From Candidatus Moraniibacteriota bacterium (GTDB lineage Bacteria > Patescibacteriota > Minisyncoccia > Moranbacterales > UBA1568): 64,000 nt of DNA. Shown here piece after piece: positions 39,566 to 50,261 of the stretch. Numbering within the stretch: the first letter of the stretch is position 1; the number at the start of each line of letters is the position of its first letter. The translations under genes were made by a program, and so were the position numbers. Location of the stretch: positions 321,222-385,221 of the forward strand of contig CP064994.1 of the NCBI GenBank assembly GCA_016699975.1. Reading direction: 5' to 3'. The notes under the pieces were generated by a model. That model was given only the letters and a program-made list of their open reading frames with translations. It had not been told where the DNA came from and made no database searches.

Positions 39566-41323
39566 GTGAGTACTATGGTTCAAAGATCTTCGGACGAAAA
39601 TGGTCTCGTCAGCTTTGACTATGAGCCTAGTATAAGTGAAGGATTCTGTCCTTCCGCAGTGGTGAGGTTTAAGAGTGAAAAAGCTGTAACTGACTCAGAT
39701 TTCTCCATGTTTCAGTCATATATAGCTGCGAATGGTGCCAATACTTACAAAACTACCGATCCAAAGATGCTTGGTCTTTACAACAAGTGGGTGCAGTTTA
39801 GGAATGAACAAACCGCCGAATACATAGCGCGAATCCGATCTGCCCTCGCTGTCGCTTCTCCGCAAACGAAAATGGCAGTGACGACCCGCAATAGCGTGAG
39901 CGGTTTTCCGCTTTCGGTAGCGGCGAATGGCCCTTCTGCTTCGGATCTTGCCCGGCATATGGATATAGCCATGCCTCAGATTTATTTGGTATGGACAACT
40001 CGATCAGTAAAAAATGTCATAAAATTTACGGAATTATGGGCGAATGAAATCCGAGCTGCTGGCGCAACGACCAAATTGTGGCCCCTCCTCCTTCTCAGAA
40101 ATATGGGGTTGTCATCAGGAAATCCAGCCTCCTGGCTTCACCAACAGACTCTCGCTGCTCTTGTCTCGGGAGCCCAGGGCGTCATCTTTTATCACCCACA
40201 TAACTTTGAAGCCTCTCACTGGAATATGTTGAGCGATATTTCTGAGGAGCTTGCTTTGTTTGAAAATTATTATGCTGATGGCGTTCGTGCCGACGCTTCG
40301 TTCTCGGTTTCCAATATGCCAACGACGAGTCTTACCGAACCCGTTTATCCCGGGTATGATTCCGTTGTCACAAATGCCTACTGGCACTTCACTGTTCACC
40401 GACTCGGCTCCAAATATCTCCTCACTCTCTTTAATCTCCAGGAGAGCGGAAACCTTGTGTTTCCTGTTTCCACATCAATTCCCAATATCGCTGTTGAGAG
40501 TATGCGGGGCACAACACAAACAGCAAATCTTTCTTTTACGGTAGCGCCCAATACGACAGCCTTTGTCGTTCTTGCTTCTCCCGATGGACAAAATCCAACC
40601 GCTCCTTCCAATCTGGTCGCCTCAGCACTTGCGCAAGAAGTCTCTCTTTCGTGGTCGCCTTCCACAGATAACGTAGGAGTGACCGGGTACCAGATTGAGC
40701 GATGTGTCGGCGCGGGTTGCGTGAATTTTACCCCGCTTACTTCTGTATCCACCTCCCCCTTCTCAGATACATCGGTTGCCTTTTTCACAGTCTATCGTTA
40801 TCGGGTGCGGGCTCTTGATGCTTCCGGAAATATGTCTTCGTATTCGAATATTGTGGAAGTGACGAGTTCGAGAGCAAGCTTTGTTGCGTGTAGTACCGTG
40901 ACCCAAAACACCTGGAGCACTTTTCCGGGAAGGAATCTATCCTATGGCACTCCGTATGATGTGTTCTCACCCGCAACATTACTTGTGAAAGCACAGTGCA
41001 CTCCTTCCGATCCCACCACATTTCGAGTGGATCTTGGAAACGAGGGAAACATGACGATGGTATTCTCTACGAAGGGGTACTACTATGCTTCTGGTTCATG
41101 GGTTCAATACACGTCCAGCTGTAGCGGGGTTCAGAATGGGAACTGGTGCCAAGGGTATGGATCAGCGACGGTCACGGATCCCGCCATTTCGACCGCCTCG
41201 GCATCCTCCCCGGTCTATCTTGTTGGCATGACGTGTCAGGTACAAGGCGGTGCCTGGAAGTGTGGATGTCGGGATACTACCTGTTCTTCATTCTATTGGC
41301 AGGTCCAAGGAGCAGGGCAGTAG
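39566..41323 (+). CDS. large extracellular protein with a fibronectin type III domain and a Cys-rich C-terminus
   Basis: ...PTAPSNLVASALAQEVSLSWSPSTDNVGVTGYQIERCVGAGCVNFTPL...YRYRVRALDASGNMSSYSNIVEV... is an FN3 signature. The N-terminal ~300 aa resembles a glycoside-hydrolase-like TIM barrel (weak). The C-terminus has many Cys (...CQGYGSA...CQVQGGAWKCGCRDTTC...). Confidence 0.6.
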   Translation: MSTMVQRSSDENGLVSFDYEPSISEGFCPSAVVRFKSEKAVTDSDFSMFQSYIAANGANTYKTTDPKMLGLYNKWVQFRNEQTAEYIARIRSALAVASPQTKMAVTTRNSVSGFPLSVAANGPSASDLARHMDIAMPQIYLVWTTRSVKNVIKFTELWANEIRAAGATTKLWPLLLLRNMGLSSGNPASWLHQQTLAALVSGAQGVIFYHPHNFEASHWNMLSDISEELALFENYYADGVRADASFSVSNMPTTSLTEPVYPGYDSVVTNAYWHFTVHRLGSKYLLTLFNLQESGNLVFPVSTSIPNIAVESMRGTTQTANLSFTVAPNTTAFVVLASPDGQNPTAPSNLVASALAQEVSLSWSPSTDNVGVTGYQIERCVGAGCVNFTPLTSVSTSPFSDTSVAFFTVYRYRVRALDASGNMSSYSNIVEVTSSRASFVACSTVTQNTWSTFPGRNLSYGTPYDVFSPATLLVKAQCTPSDPTTFRVDLGNEGNMTMVFSTKGYYYASGSWVQYTSSCSGVQNGNWCQGYGSATVTDPAISTASASSPVYLVGMTCQVQGGAWKCGCRDTTCSSFYWQVQGAGQ

Positions 41324-41344
41324 CTCTCTACAAATATTTCTCAA

Positions 41345-42763
41345 TTGTTCATGAGACAAGGTTTCTTTGGGGGGAGAAAAGTGACCGTTTTCGGCCTTGG
41401 GATTTCGGGTGGCGGCGTCGGAACCGTCGAGTTTTTGGTACGCGAAGGAGCGCGGGAAATTCGAGTCACCGATGAGAAAAGTTCCGAAGAACTCGCTGAT
41501 TCGATTGCGAAAATTCGCGGTCTTCCCGGCGTCACTTTTGCTCTGGGCGGTCACCAGGAACGAGACTTTACCGAAGTAGATGCGGTTATCAAAAATCCTC
41601 GGATACCGTGGACGAATCCCTTCATCCTTCTTTCGAAAGAGAAAGGCATCCCCGTCTTTATGGATTCAAGTATTTTTTGTGCGCGTTCGAAGACGCCGAT
41701 CGTCGGTGTGACAGGAACGAAAGGAAAAACGACGACATCGAGTGCGATTGCGCATCTGTTGCGAAACGCAGGGACAAGCGTCACGGAAGTTGGCATTGGA
41801 GAAACTCCGGTACTCAGTCTTCTTGCGGAAGCCGAGGCGAGCGACGTAACGGTGTTCGAACTTTCGAGCTGGCGGCTTTCTGCATTGCCTTCGATCGAAA
41901 AGAGTCCTCATATTTCGGTTCTTACAAATATTGCCCCGGACCACCTTAACTACTACGACTCGATGAACTCGTATGTAGAGGACAAGATGAATATCGCGCG
42001 ATTCCAAACTGCCGAAGACACACTTATCTATAATGCGGAGGATCCATGGATTGTAGAGGCGGTTCGCACGCTCAATTCTCCTGCGCACAAAAAAGCTTTT
42101 TCTTTCGCTGATCATGGGCTCGAAGGAATGTATGTTCGAGATGGAGACATTGTCAGTCGAGAGGGAGCAAAAGAAACGGTGTTCGCCTCTGTTTCAGATG
42201 TTCGTTTACCGGGGAAGCATATGCTCCTCAATATGCTTGCCGCTCTTGCTGCAACGAGAGCGTTCGGCATCGACCTTGAAACGCTTTCAAGAAGCATCTC
42301 TTCTTTTTCTGGCGTGCCGCATCGCCTTGAATTGGTCGCGATCCATAATGGCGTTCGTTGGTACAACGATACGGCAGCGACGATTCCTGATGCGACAATC
42401 GCCGCTCTTCGCTCGTTCGAAAATCCGATCGTTCTCATTGCAGGAGGAAGCGATAAAAATTTGGAATTCGAATCACTCGGAAAATTTATTGCTGAATCGC
42501 CTTCTGTAAAGACGACCATTCTTTTTTCCGGGAGCGCGACCAAAAAACTGGTGGCGTCGATCCGCGTTTTCGGCGGTGCTCGAAAAATTGCTGCGGAAGT
42601 TTCTTCCATGGAAGAGGCAGTCACGCTCGCTCGAGCACAGTGCGAATCGGGTGATGCTGTACTTTTGTCTCCGGGTTCCGCGAGTTTCGGACTTTTTCGC
42701 AATGAATTTGATCGCGGCAACCAATTTCGAAATTCTGTTCGGGCATTTTCATCTCATCTGTAA
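41345..42763 (+). CDS. murD: UDP-N-acetylmuramoyl-L-alanine--D-glutamate ligase
   Basis: ...VGVTGTKGKTTTSS..., ...NIAPDHLNYY..., ...GVPHRLE..., ...IAGGSDKN... Confidence 0.9.
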   Translation: MFMRQGFFGGRKVTVFGLGISGGGVGTVEFLVREGAREIRVTDEKSSEELADSIAKIRGLPGVTFALGGHQERDFTEVDAVIKNPRIPWTNPFILLSKEKGIPVFMDSSIFCARSKTPIVGVTGTKGKTTTSSAIAHLLRNAGTSVTEVGIGETPVLSLLAEAEASDVTVFELSSWRLSALPSIEKSPHISVLTNIAPDHLNYYDSMNSYVEDKMNIARFQTAEDTLIYNAEDPWIVEAVRTLNSPAHKKAFSFADHGLEGMYVRDGDIVSREGAKETVFASVSDVRLPGKHMLLNMLAALAATRAFGIDLETLSRSISSFSGVPHRLELVAIHNGVRWYNDTAATIPDATIAALRSFENPIVLIAGGSDKNLEFESLGKFIAESPSVKTTILFSGSATKKLVASIRVFGGARKIAAEVSSMEEAVTLARAQCESGDAVLLSPGSASFGLFRNEFDRGNQFRNSVRAFSSHL

Positions 42764-42801
42764 AGGCTCACTCTTTTCCAAGAAATTCTTGAAGCGAGGC
42801 A

Positions 42802-45671
42802 GTGAAGGTTTTCAGCAAGACAATCAACGGTGTGTTACAATGGAAAAAAGAAAAGTGTAAAACACAAGATTTTATGAAGCCAACGACTCCGATAGCGCCC
42901 TCTCCTTTTCTTGAAACCGAGAAAAAATTTTTTTCTGCTGAAGAGAACGCATCTTCTTCTGCTCAAGATTTTCCTGAGGAGGGAGGAATGCTTTCGGACA
43001 TGTCTTTTTCTTCCTCTCCCAAACCAAAAGGACATATCGATGCTCTGAAATCAACCGGGACGAAAAATGTTCGGGAAGAAGTGGGAACAAATTCGTTCCT
43101 GCACTCGTCTGTTTCATCCTCGCTTGCTGCGAAAGACAAGAAGAGAAGTCTCGAGGAAAACGAGCGTCGTTTCTTGTCGAAGGAGCGAGACGGAGATCTC
43201 GGTCGTTCTTCCCGCAGATTTTCCCCGAATGCGATAAAAAAATTTGGAGGAATAATGGTTCTCATTCTGCTGTGTGCAGGAGGAGTGTTGTGGGGAAGCT
43301 TCTGGTATGTAGAGCGGGTAAAAACGTATCCGGCGCTTTCTCTTGTGCCCGGGTCTTCGGAGCTTTTGCTCATGGTCAATATCAATCCGCGCTCGTCGGA
43401 GTATGCTCTTCTTGAGAGGCATGCGAGCGCTTTTCCCGGTTATGAAATGCTCAAGAAGAAACTCGACCCGGCCGGCGAAGGAAAAACAATCTCAAAAACA
43501 TTTCAGGACTCTCTGAAACGATTTAATCTCGACCTCGAAAGCGATATCCTTCCTATTCTCGGAGAAACCGCCTACATATCCGTGAACAATGTCGAACCCC
43601 TTGGAAATAGCATTCGCAAAACGGCCATTGCTTCTGTTTTCGAAAGAAATATCCTCCCAGGAGGAGTACGAGACCGTTCAAAAGATATTTCATTGGCCGA
43701 TCAGCCAGTAGTGCTCGGAGAAAAACAGTGCGCGGAGAGGAGGCGGATGTTTCCTCTGAACAGCCGCTTGATTTTCTCGTCGTCTCGCCGATTCGCGACC
43801 GAACCAAGGCACTTCAAATTTTCAAAACCATTCGCTCAAATGGGGATTTCGAATCCGAAGAGCGATCATTCAAGCGACTCCCGTACCTCAAGGTTTCTTT
43901 CAAGACCGATGGAAAATCAGAAAGTGCACTTGAGGATGTTTCGCGATTTGTTCGGTTTCGCACACTCTATCATGCCGTGGTAGGTGGAAATTGGGTTGTC
44001 GCTTCTTCCGAAGATGAACTCAAAGAAATACTGGCACGCCAGTCGACGAGAACACCGCTTGATATATTTTCCAGCCAGTCGACCTCTGGGGGAATTGCCG
44101 AGAATACCGATTTCAAAAAGGTGGAATCGCAACTTGAAGTCCGGAATGCTTCTGAGACCCTTTTCACGGCGTATTTGAATATCCCTTCAAAAATTTTTCT
44201 TGGAAAAGAAGAAAACTGTTCGGGAGACGATTGCTTCGGTCTCAATGACTTTTTGCGGTATCCGGAAAGAATAGTTCTCGGGTGGTCTGCCGATATGAAT
44301 GAGAAAGGGATCAATGTTCGTTGGACGGGACCGGTCCAAGAGGGAGTTGTTTTGGGAAAACCAGTTTCAGAATCGCTTGCGACGCGTCTTCCGGAAAAAG
44401 CAAATAACGCTTGGCTGAACGTCTATGTCGAGGGGCGTGATGTAAAAAAACGCTTCTATGATTTTAAGCGATTGGTTCTTACTGATTGTGGACGGGAAGA
44501 GTGGGAAAAGTTTCGCGGTTCTCTTCGCTCCTCTCTCGGAGTCGATCCCGAAGACGACTTCATTGGACACCTCTCGGGAAGCGCCTCGTTTTCCATTGTA
44601 ACGAATGGTGATCAGGATCCCCAAGCCGTCTTCACGATGCACGTCGACAATCGCGAGGCCATTCGAGAGTTTATCCGAAAAGGAACAGATGCGATTCGAA
44701 ATGCGCTGGTTGCCGAGCGTGCTTCTCTTGAGACGGTGTCACCCCCTTCTTTCTGCAAGGCCGGATACGATTGTACTTCGCCATTTATTCAAGGAATTCT
44801 CAATTCGAACGAGTCAAAGAAAAAAGAGCTTGATGAGCTTATTAGAGCGGCGAACATTACGGAAACAGTGACGCCCGAAGGAACCATTTTTTCTTTCAAG
44901 CTTTCAAACACGGTTCCGTACTCATTTCTATCTTTTGATTTCGCCTTTCGTGACGATCTCTTCATTTTCGGTTCTCACTTTGCCTCGACGGAGGCGTTTC
45001 TTCGAGAAATAGGGCCACAATCCAAAGAGAAAAAACTTTCTCAGAGTGATTTTTACCGCGAGACGCACGAAGGAGAAAATCCCAATTCGTATCAGACTTC
45101 TTTTTTGGTGATGAACGGTGTTTGGGATGTAGTGAATTATGGATTCCGAATTCTTGAAAGAGAGGTTTGGGGGAGTTCCCCCTCGTCTTCTTCGGCAGAG
45201 CTCGACGAAGTGCGGAATCTGTTGTTTGCAACGGGGGCAGTCGTGCGAACTGTGCGTATGATGGGAAACGAAACATTTTTTCGAGATGGTTTCCAGACAT
45301 CTCTCTCACGGTTTTTTATCGATCCTCTGCCGATCGACGAAAAGAAGCGGGCGTCGGATATTTTGGAGCGTCTTCCTCGCGATATCGAGTCAAAACGCAA
45401 TGAGGCGAATCGAGCTTCATTTAAAGCAGAGGCGACATCGATGGTCCCCCGCACTCTCCTTGTGTGTGACGGTGAGAGGAATATTACCAAGGAAGAGATC
45501 TTCGGCCAGAGAGAATTTTTGTGCACTGATACAAATTCTTTTGCGATTCAAAATCAAAAATGTGGACCCGATGGTGACGGAACCTTTCAGTTCACGGTTG
45601 TCTCGACGTGTCTTCCGACGCCGTGCACCGCAACGGTGACGCAAAATGGCATTACGTTTTCACCGTGTTGA
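42802..45671 (+). CDS. large (~950 aa) N-terminally membrane-anchored protein of unknown function; two ORF pieces (42802-43983, 43728-45671) joined across a frame change
   Basis: Single TM helix IMVLILLCAGGVLWGSFWYV after an ~130-aa acidic/Ser-rich cytoplasmic segment. ORF 42802 turns to Arg/Ser-rich junk after ...VLGEKQ, while ORF 43728 continues protein-like (...LDFLVVSPIRDRTKALQIFK...). Switch at an A run ~43721-43725. No confident family. Confidence 0.55.
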
Positions 45672-45723
45672 AGGGAGTCTGAAGAAGAGGTATGATGGGA
45701 GGAATACTCTTTATTTTCTTCCT

Positions 45724-46884
45724 ATGCCTTCTACAGACTTTTCGAAACGAGCGCTTCTTGCACACAAGGCGCTTCGCGGAAAAATAGAGATCGTTCCGAA
45801 GGTGCGTGTTCGACGAGCTACTGACCTCAGTCTCTACTACTCGCCTGGCGTTGGAGCGGTTTCGTCGTTTCTCGCACAAAATCCCGAGCAGTCGAAAACG
45901 TATACGATGCGCGGCAATACGGTGGCGATTGTTTCCGACGGTTCGGCTGTGTTGGGGCTCGGGAACATCGGCCCTATCGCTGCTCTTCCTGTTATGGAAG
46001 GAAAAGCGATGTTCTTTAAGCGCTTCGCGAACATTGATGCGTTTCCCATCGTTCTCTCGACGCAGAATGTGGGAGAAATAGTTGAGACGGTGGTACGTAT
46101 CGCACCGGGGTTTGGAGGAGTGAATCTCGAAGATATTGCAGCGCCCCGTTGTTTCGAAGTCGAAGCGGAGCTCAGGAAGAGACTTCCTATTCCGGTCTTC
46201 CACGACGATCAGCACGGAACAGCGATGGTTGTGCTTGCAGGACTTTTGAATGCGCTTCGCATCGCCAAAAAGAAACTTGATGCAGTGCGTATCGTGATTG
46301 CGGGAGCGGGTGCTGCGGGTCAGGCGATTGAGGAGCTTTTGCTTCGGGCGGGGGCGAAGTATATGATCATGACTGACAGTAAAGGAATCCTCTCGAAAGA
46401 CCGAAGCGATCTCAATGGTTTCAAACGAAAACTTTTGGAAACCACTAACCCGGAGAATATTCGGGGCACACTTGGAGAGGCGATGGCAGATGCCGATATT
46501 TTTATTGGCGTTTCCAAAGGAGGAACGGTCACCCCTCCTCTCATTCGGCGGATGCGACCTGATCCAATCGTTTTTGCACTCGCGAATCCCATTCCCGAAA
46601 TCATGCCGAACGAGGCCAAAAAGGCGGGGGCACTTGTCGTAGCGACGGGCCGATCTGACTTTCCGAACCAAATCAATAATTGTTTGGGTTTTCCAGGAAT
46701 TTTTCGCGGAGCGCTCGACCATGGCGTTCGGGACGTGACTGACTCGATGCTGGTGGGGGCGGCGATCAAACTCTCTAAACTCATTCCTTCGCTTCGGCCC
46801 GACAATATTATTCCTTCTGCATTTGATGAACGCGTCGTAAAGGCGGTTGCGAGCGCTATTCGAGAACCGAGGAAATCCACATAA
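45724..46884 (+). CDS. NAD(P)-dependent malic enzyme (malate dehydrogenase, oxaloacetate-decarboxylating)
   Basis: ...VFHDDQHGTA..., ...IVIAGAGAAGQA..., ...FALANPIPEI...; in-frame ATG 45724 inside ORF 45646. Confidence 0.85.
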   Translation: MPSTDFSKRALLAHKALRGKIEIVPKVRVRRATDLSLYYSPGVGAVSSFLAQNPEQSKTYTMRGNTVAIVSDGSAVLGLGNIGPIAALPVMEGKAMFFKRFANIDAFPIVLSTQNVGEIVETVVRIAPGFGGVNLEDIAAPRCFEVEAELRKRLPIPVFHDDQHGTAMVVLAGLLNALRIAKKKLDAVRIVIAGAGAAGQAIEELLLRAGAKYMIMTDSKGILSKDRSDLNGFKRKLLETTNPENIRGTLGEAMADADIFIGVSKGGTVTPPLIRRMRPDPIVFALANPIPEIMPNEAKKAGALVVATGRSDFPNQINNCLGFPGIFRGALDHGVRDVTDSMLVGAAIKLSKLIPSLRPDNIIPSAFDERVVKAVASAIREPRKST

Positions 46885-46929
46885 CGATGAGGCAGGTTGG
46901 AATCGCAGACATTTTCAAATTCCATAATT

Positions 46930-47847
46930 ATGTACGATCTTATCATTGTCGGAGCCGGTCCCGCCGGACTTTCCGCCTCAGTATACGCTTCTCGTTATGG
47001 CATTTCCCATGTCGTCCTCGGGGAAGTGGCGGGAGGACTTTTGACACAAACGTTCGATGTGGGGAACTGGATCGGTACCAAGGAAATTCGTGGACAAGAG
47101 TTTGCGGAAAAGATGGCAGAACATGCAAAAAGTTATGGTATTGAAATTCTTCCGTTGTCCGTTGATCGAATTGAACGCGATGAAAAATCGTTCGTTGTTT
47201 TTTGTGGAGACACGTCGTTTCGATCGAAAACGATACTCATTGCGACGGGAACAAAACATCGCCACCTCGGTGTTCCTGGAGAACAAGAATTTTCGGGAAA
47301 GGGAGTTTCGTTTTGTCCCACGTGCGACGGTTTCTTTTTTAAAGGGAAAACTGTGGCGGTTGTCGGAGGGGGTGACAGTGCCGCGGAAGGAGGAGCGTAT
47401 CTTTCCGATATCTGTGAGCGGGTATACGTTATCGTTCGGGATTCAAATATGATTGCAGAAAAATTTTGGCAAACTCTTCTTGCATCAAAAAAGAATGTGC
47501 ACATTCTTTTGGAAACGAATGTGAAAGAAATTCGCGGGGGATCGAAATTGGAATCGCTTCTTCTCGATCGGTCGTTTGAAGGAAGCGAGTTGCTGTCTGT
47601 CGACGGGCTCTTTGTTGAAATCGGCCTCATTCCCAACACTGCACTTCTCGCTTCACTCGGTGCGCGACTCGATGCTCACGGCTCTGTTGAAACCGCGGCG
47701 GATCAAAGTGTGGGTGTTCCAGGCGTTTGGGCGGCGGGGGATATTACTACCAATTCCAATCGATTTTGCCAAATCGTGACTGCGGCTTCCGAGGGAGCGA
47801 TCGCTGCCAAGAGTATTCTCGAGCACCTCCAAAAGTCGTCGTCTTGA
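46930..47847 (+). CDS. trxB: thioredoxin-disulfide reductase
   Basis: MYDLIIVGAGPAGLSA..., redox CPTCDG, second dinucleotide fold ...VAVVGGGDSAAEG... Confidence 0.85.
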   Translation: MYDLIIVGAGPAGLSASVYASRYGISHVVLGEVAGGLLTQTFDVGNWIGTKEIRGQEFAEKMAEHAKSYGIEILPLSVDRIERDEKSFVVFCGDTSFRSKTILIATGTKHRHLGVPGEQEFSGKGVSFCPTCDGFFFKGKTVAVVGGGDSAAEGGAYLSDICERVYVIVRDSNMIAEKFWQTLLASKKNVHILLETNVKEIRGGSKLESLLLDRSFEGSELLSVDGLFVEIGLIPNTALLASLGARLDAHGSVETAADQSVGVPGVWAAGDITTNSNRFCQIVTAASEGAIAAKSILEHLQKSSS

Positions 47848-47929
47848 CTCAAAAAGAGAAAGAGTATATACTATAGTCGTATGTAATCGAAAAGGAACGG
47901 GTGCCTTAGGTGCCCGTTCCTTCTTTTCT

Positions 47930-48688
47930 ATGCGTCGCAGTTTTTCATCAATCTTCGTGGTACTCCTCTCTTCTTTTATCGGAAGTGTTGTTTGTGCGCC
48001 CCAGAGCTTTGCCGCTCCTTTTTCAAAAGAGGAGGTGCTTCGTTTTGTCAATGAAGACCGAAGGGCGGCGGGGCTACCCGAATTTCAGGAAAATGAAAAA
48101 TTGTCTTTTGCTGCCGAGAGAAAGGCGAGCGATATGCTTCGCGGACAGTACTTTGCACACACCTCTCCTCAGGGCACTACGCCTTGGTACTTTTTTGACG
48201 AAGCAGGATATGACTACCGGTTTGCTGGGGAGAACCTCGCAATTTCTTTTTCCGATGCGAAATCTCAGGAGGAAGCGTGGATGGCGAGTTCCTCTCATCG
48301 AGACAATATCCTCTCCGAAAAATTTCGGGACACTGGTATAGCGGTTCGTGAAGGAACATTTCATGGGAAACCGACACTTCTTACGGTAACGTTTTTCGGA
48401 ACTTCCTTGGAGGAAGGAGAATTCTCTTCGCACTTAGAAACTGCTTCTTCCAAAACAGAAGTTTCTCTCGTTCCCTCTTCTCCGGAACGTCGTACTCAAT
48501 TTGTTCTTGACATTTTTCGTTCGGAGGCAGGATCTGGTGCTTTTTCAATAGAGAATTCTCGCTCCTACATTCTTTCCAGAGCGATACTTATTTTTCTTGC
48601 ACTGCTCCAGGGAAGCGCCGCTTTTCTTCTCTTTCGTTTTTCGCGATCTTTTGGGAAGAGTGGTCTCGCTCTTCGTCGGAGTGTATAA
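47930..48688 (+). CDS. CAP/SCP (PR-1-like, YkwD-type) domain protein with signal peptide and C-terminal hydrophobic anchor
   Basis: Signal MRRSFSSIFVVLLSSFIGSVVCA, then ...RRAAGLPEF...HTSPQGT...YRFAGENLA...SSSHRDNIL... (CAP domain). C-terminal ILIFLALLQGSAAFLLF is a TM segment. Confidence 0.7.
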   Translation: MRRSFSSIFVVLLSSFIGSVVCAPQSFAAPFSKEEVLRFVNEDRRAAGLPEFQENEKLSFAAERKASDMLRGQYFAHTSPQGTTPWYFFDEAGYDYRFAGENLAISFSDAKSQEEAWMASSSHRDNILSEKFRDTGIAVREGTFHGKPTLLTVTFFGTSLEEGEFSSHLETASSKTEVSLVPSSPERRTQFVLDIFRSEAGSGAFSIENSRSYILSRAILIFLALLQGSAAFLLFRFSRSFGKSGLALRRSV

Positions 48689-48830
48689 AAGGGAGAATAA
48701 GCGTTTGATTTTCTTCTTGAAGGGAAAGCGGTATTTGCTTTTCGTCTCAACATTTTTTACAAATCTTTCTCGATGAGAAGAGTTTTCTGGACAGGGGAGT
48801 GATATTTTCGTAGAATACAAAGAGTTTTTT

Positions 48831-48904
48831 GGGCCTGTAGCTTAGTGGTAGAGCACCCGGTTTGCATCCGGGAGAGAGGGGTTCGATTCCCCTCAGGTCC
48901 ACCA
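48831..48904 (+). tRNA. tRNA-Ala (anticodon TGC), CCA encoded
   Basis: Cloverleaf with anticodon stem cccgg/ccggg and loop ttTGCat; G3:U70 alanine identity pair; T-loop ttcgatt; 3' ...caggtcc-a-cca. Confidence 0.85.
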
Positions 48905-48975
48905 TAAGGGATTTTTCTTGAAAAATCTCAAAATCTTTTTCAGAGGCTCCAATCCCATAGCTTCAAGTTTTTCGT

Positions 48976-49590
48976 ATGGCGCTTCTTGAATCTCTTCCAC
49001 GAAAAATCGTGAGTATTACGGGGGCATCCGGAACCGGGAAGTCGACTCTCGTGACGAGTTTACTTCAGCACTTCCCGGAAAAATTTCGCCTCATACGAAG
49101 TGTCACGACGCGCGAACCGCGCCCCGGAGAAGATGATTTCTTCACTTTTCTTTCTCGTGAAGAATTCTTTCGCCTTGAATGCGCGGGAGAGTTTTTGTGG
49201 AGTCAGGAAAATCACGGAAATTTTTATGCGACGCGACGCTCGGATATTGATGCGGCTATTTCTTTGAATCGAATTTCTCTCGCGATTGTGTCTCCTCAAA
49301 ATATAGAGCGACTTGTGGAATATGCACCTCAATTTGTGCTTCCTCTCCATATTGCGGCACCGTCCGACTCCATACTTCGGTTGCGCCTCCTCTCTCGCGG
49401 TGAGCACGTGTCGGAGATTGATCGACGTTTGGCCGACTGTCGAAAGTGGGATCACTCTATTGCTCACCTTCCGATTCATATTGAAATAATTTCAAACGAA
49501 GGGAGTCTCGAGGCATTCCAGGAAGAAGCGATCAAAAGAATATTCTCGGAGAAAAACGAATGTGAACAGAGGGAGCGACTACCAGCATGA
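48976..49590 (+). CDS. gmk: guanylate kinase
   Basis: ...ITGASGTGKSTL..., ...RSVTTREPRPGEDDFFTF... Confidence 0.8.
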   Translation: MALLESLPRKIVSITGASGTGKSTLVTSLLQHFPEKFRLIRSVTTREPRPGEDDFFTFLSREEFFRLECAGEFLWSQENHGNFYATRRSDIDAAISLNRISLAIVSPQNIERLVEYAPQFVLPLHIAAPSDSILRLRLLSRGEHVSEIDRRLADCRKWDHSIAHLPIHIEIISNEGSLEAFQEEAIKRIFSEKNECEQRERLPA

Positions 49591-50258
49591 CTCATTCCTA
49601 TAAATTAGTGCGTTCAAGAAGAAAGAGTATCGCGCTCACTCTCTCTTTGCGTGACGGGACGCTTACGGTGCGAGCGCCGCTTCGCGTCCCACTTTCTGCT
49701 CTCGAGCGCTTTGTGGACGAGCGACAAGCATGGATCGAGACGCGGCAGAAACAGATTCGTGCGGATATTGAATCGTCGCAACGGAATTACGATGAAGGGG
49801 AATATTTTCGTTACTTAGGAAGTGAATATCCTTTGGTTCATGTCGATGAGAGTCGGAAAGCTCTTTCTTTTGATGGTGAAAAATTTGTGCTCTTTCGAGG
49901 TTCTCGATGGCGGGCGAAGCGACTCTTTGCTGACTGGTACTCCTCTCAAGCGAAACGCATCCTTACCGATCGCACAACGTTGTTTTCTGAAACGTGGAGA
50001 ATTCCGCATGCCCGTATTCACGTGAGAGATATGAAAAGTCGATGGGGATCGTGTCGGCGAGATGGAGCACTCTCCTTCAATGTGCGTCTTGTGCTTTCGC
50101 CGCTTCCTGTTCTCGATTCCGTTGTGGCGCATGAGCTTGCGCATATCGTGCACCGAGATCACTCTCCTCAGTTCTGGAAATTCGCCTCCACGCTTTGCCC
50201 GGAGATACGACACCATGGGGCATGGCTTAAGAAGAACGGGCATCTTTTGGTATGGTGA
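49587..50258 (+). CDS. YgjP-like (DUF45/M48-fold) zinc metallopeptidase
   Basis: HEXXH ...VVAHELAHIVHRDHS... in a ~220-aa protein with the YgjP family layout. Confidence 0.75.
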   Translation: MTHSYKLVRSRRKSIALTLSLRDGTLTVRAPLRVPLSALERFVDERQAWIETRQKQIRADIESSQRNYDEGEYFRYLGSEYPLVHVDESRKALSFDGEKFVLFRGSRWRAKRLFADWYSSQAKRILTDRTTLFSETWRIPHARIHVRDMKSRWGSCRRDGALSFNVRLVLSPLPVLDSVVAHELAHIVHRDHSPQFWKFASTLCPEIRHHGAWLKKNGHLLVW

Positions 50259-50261
50259 AGA

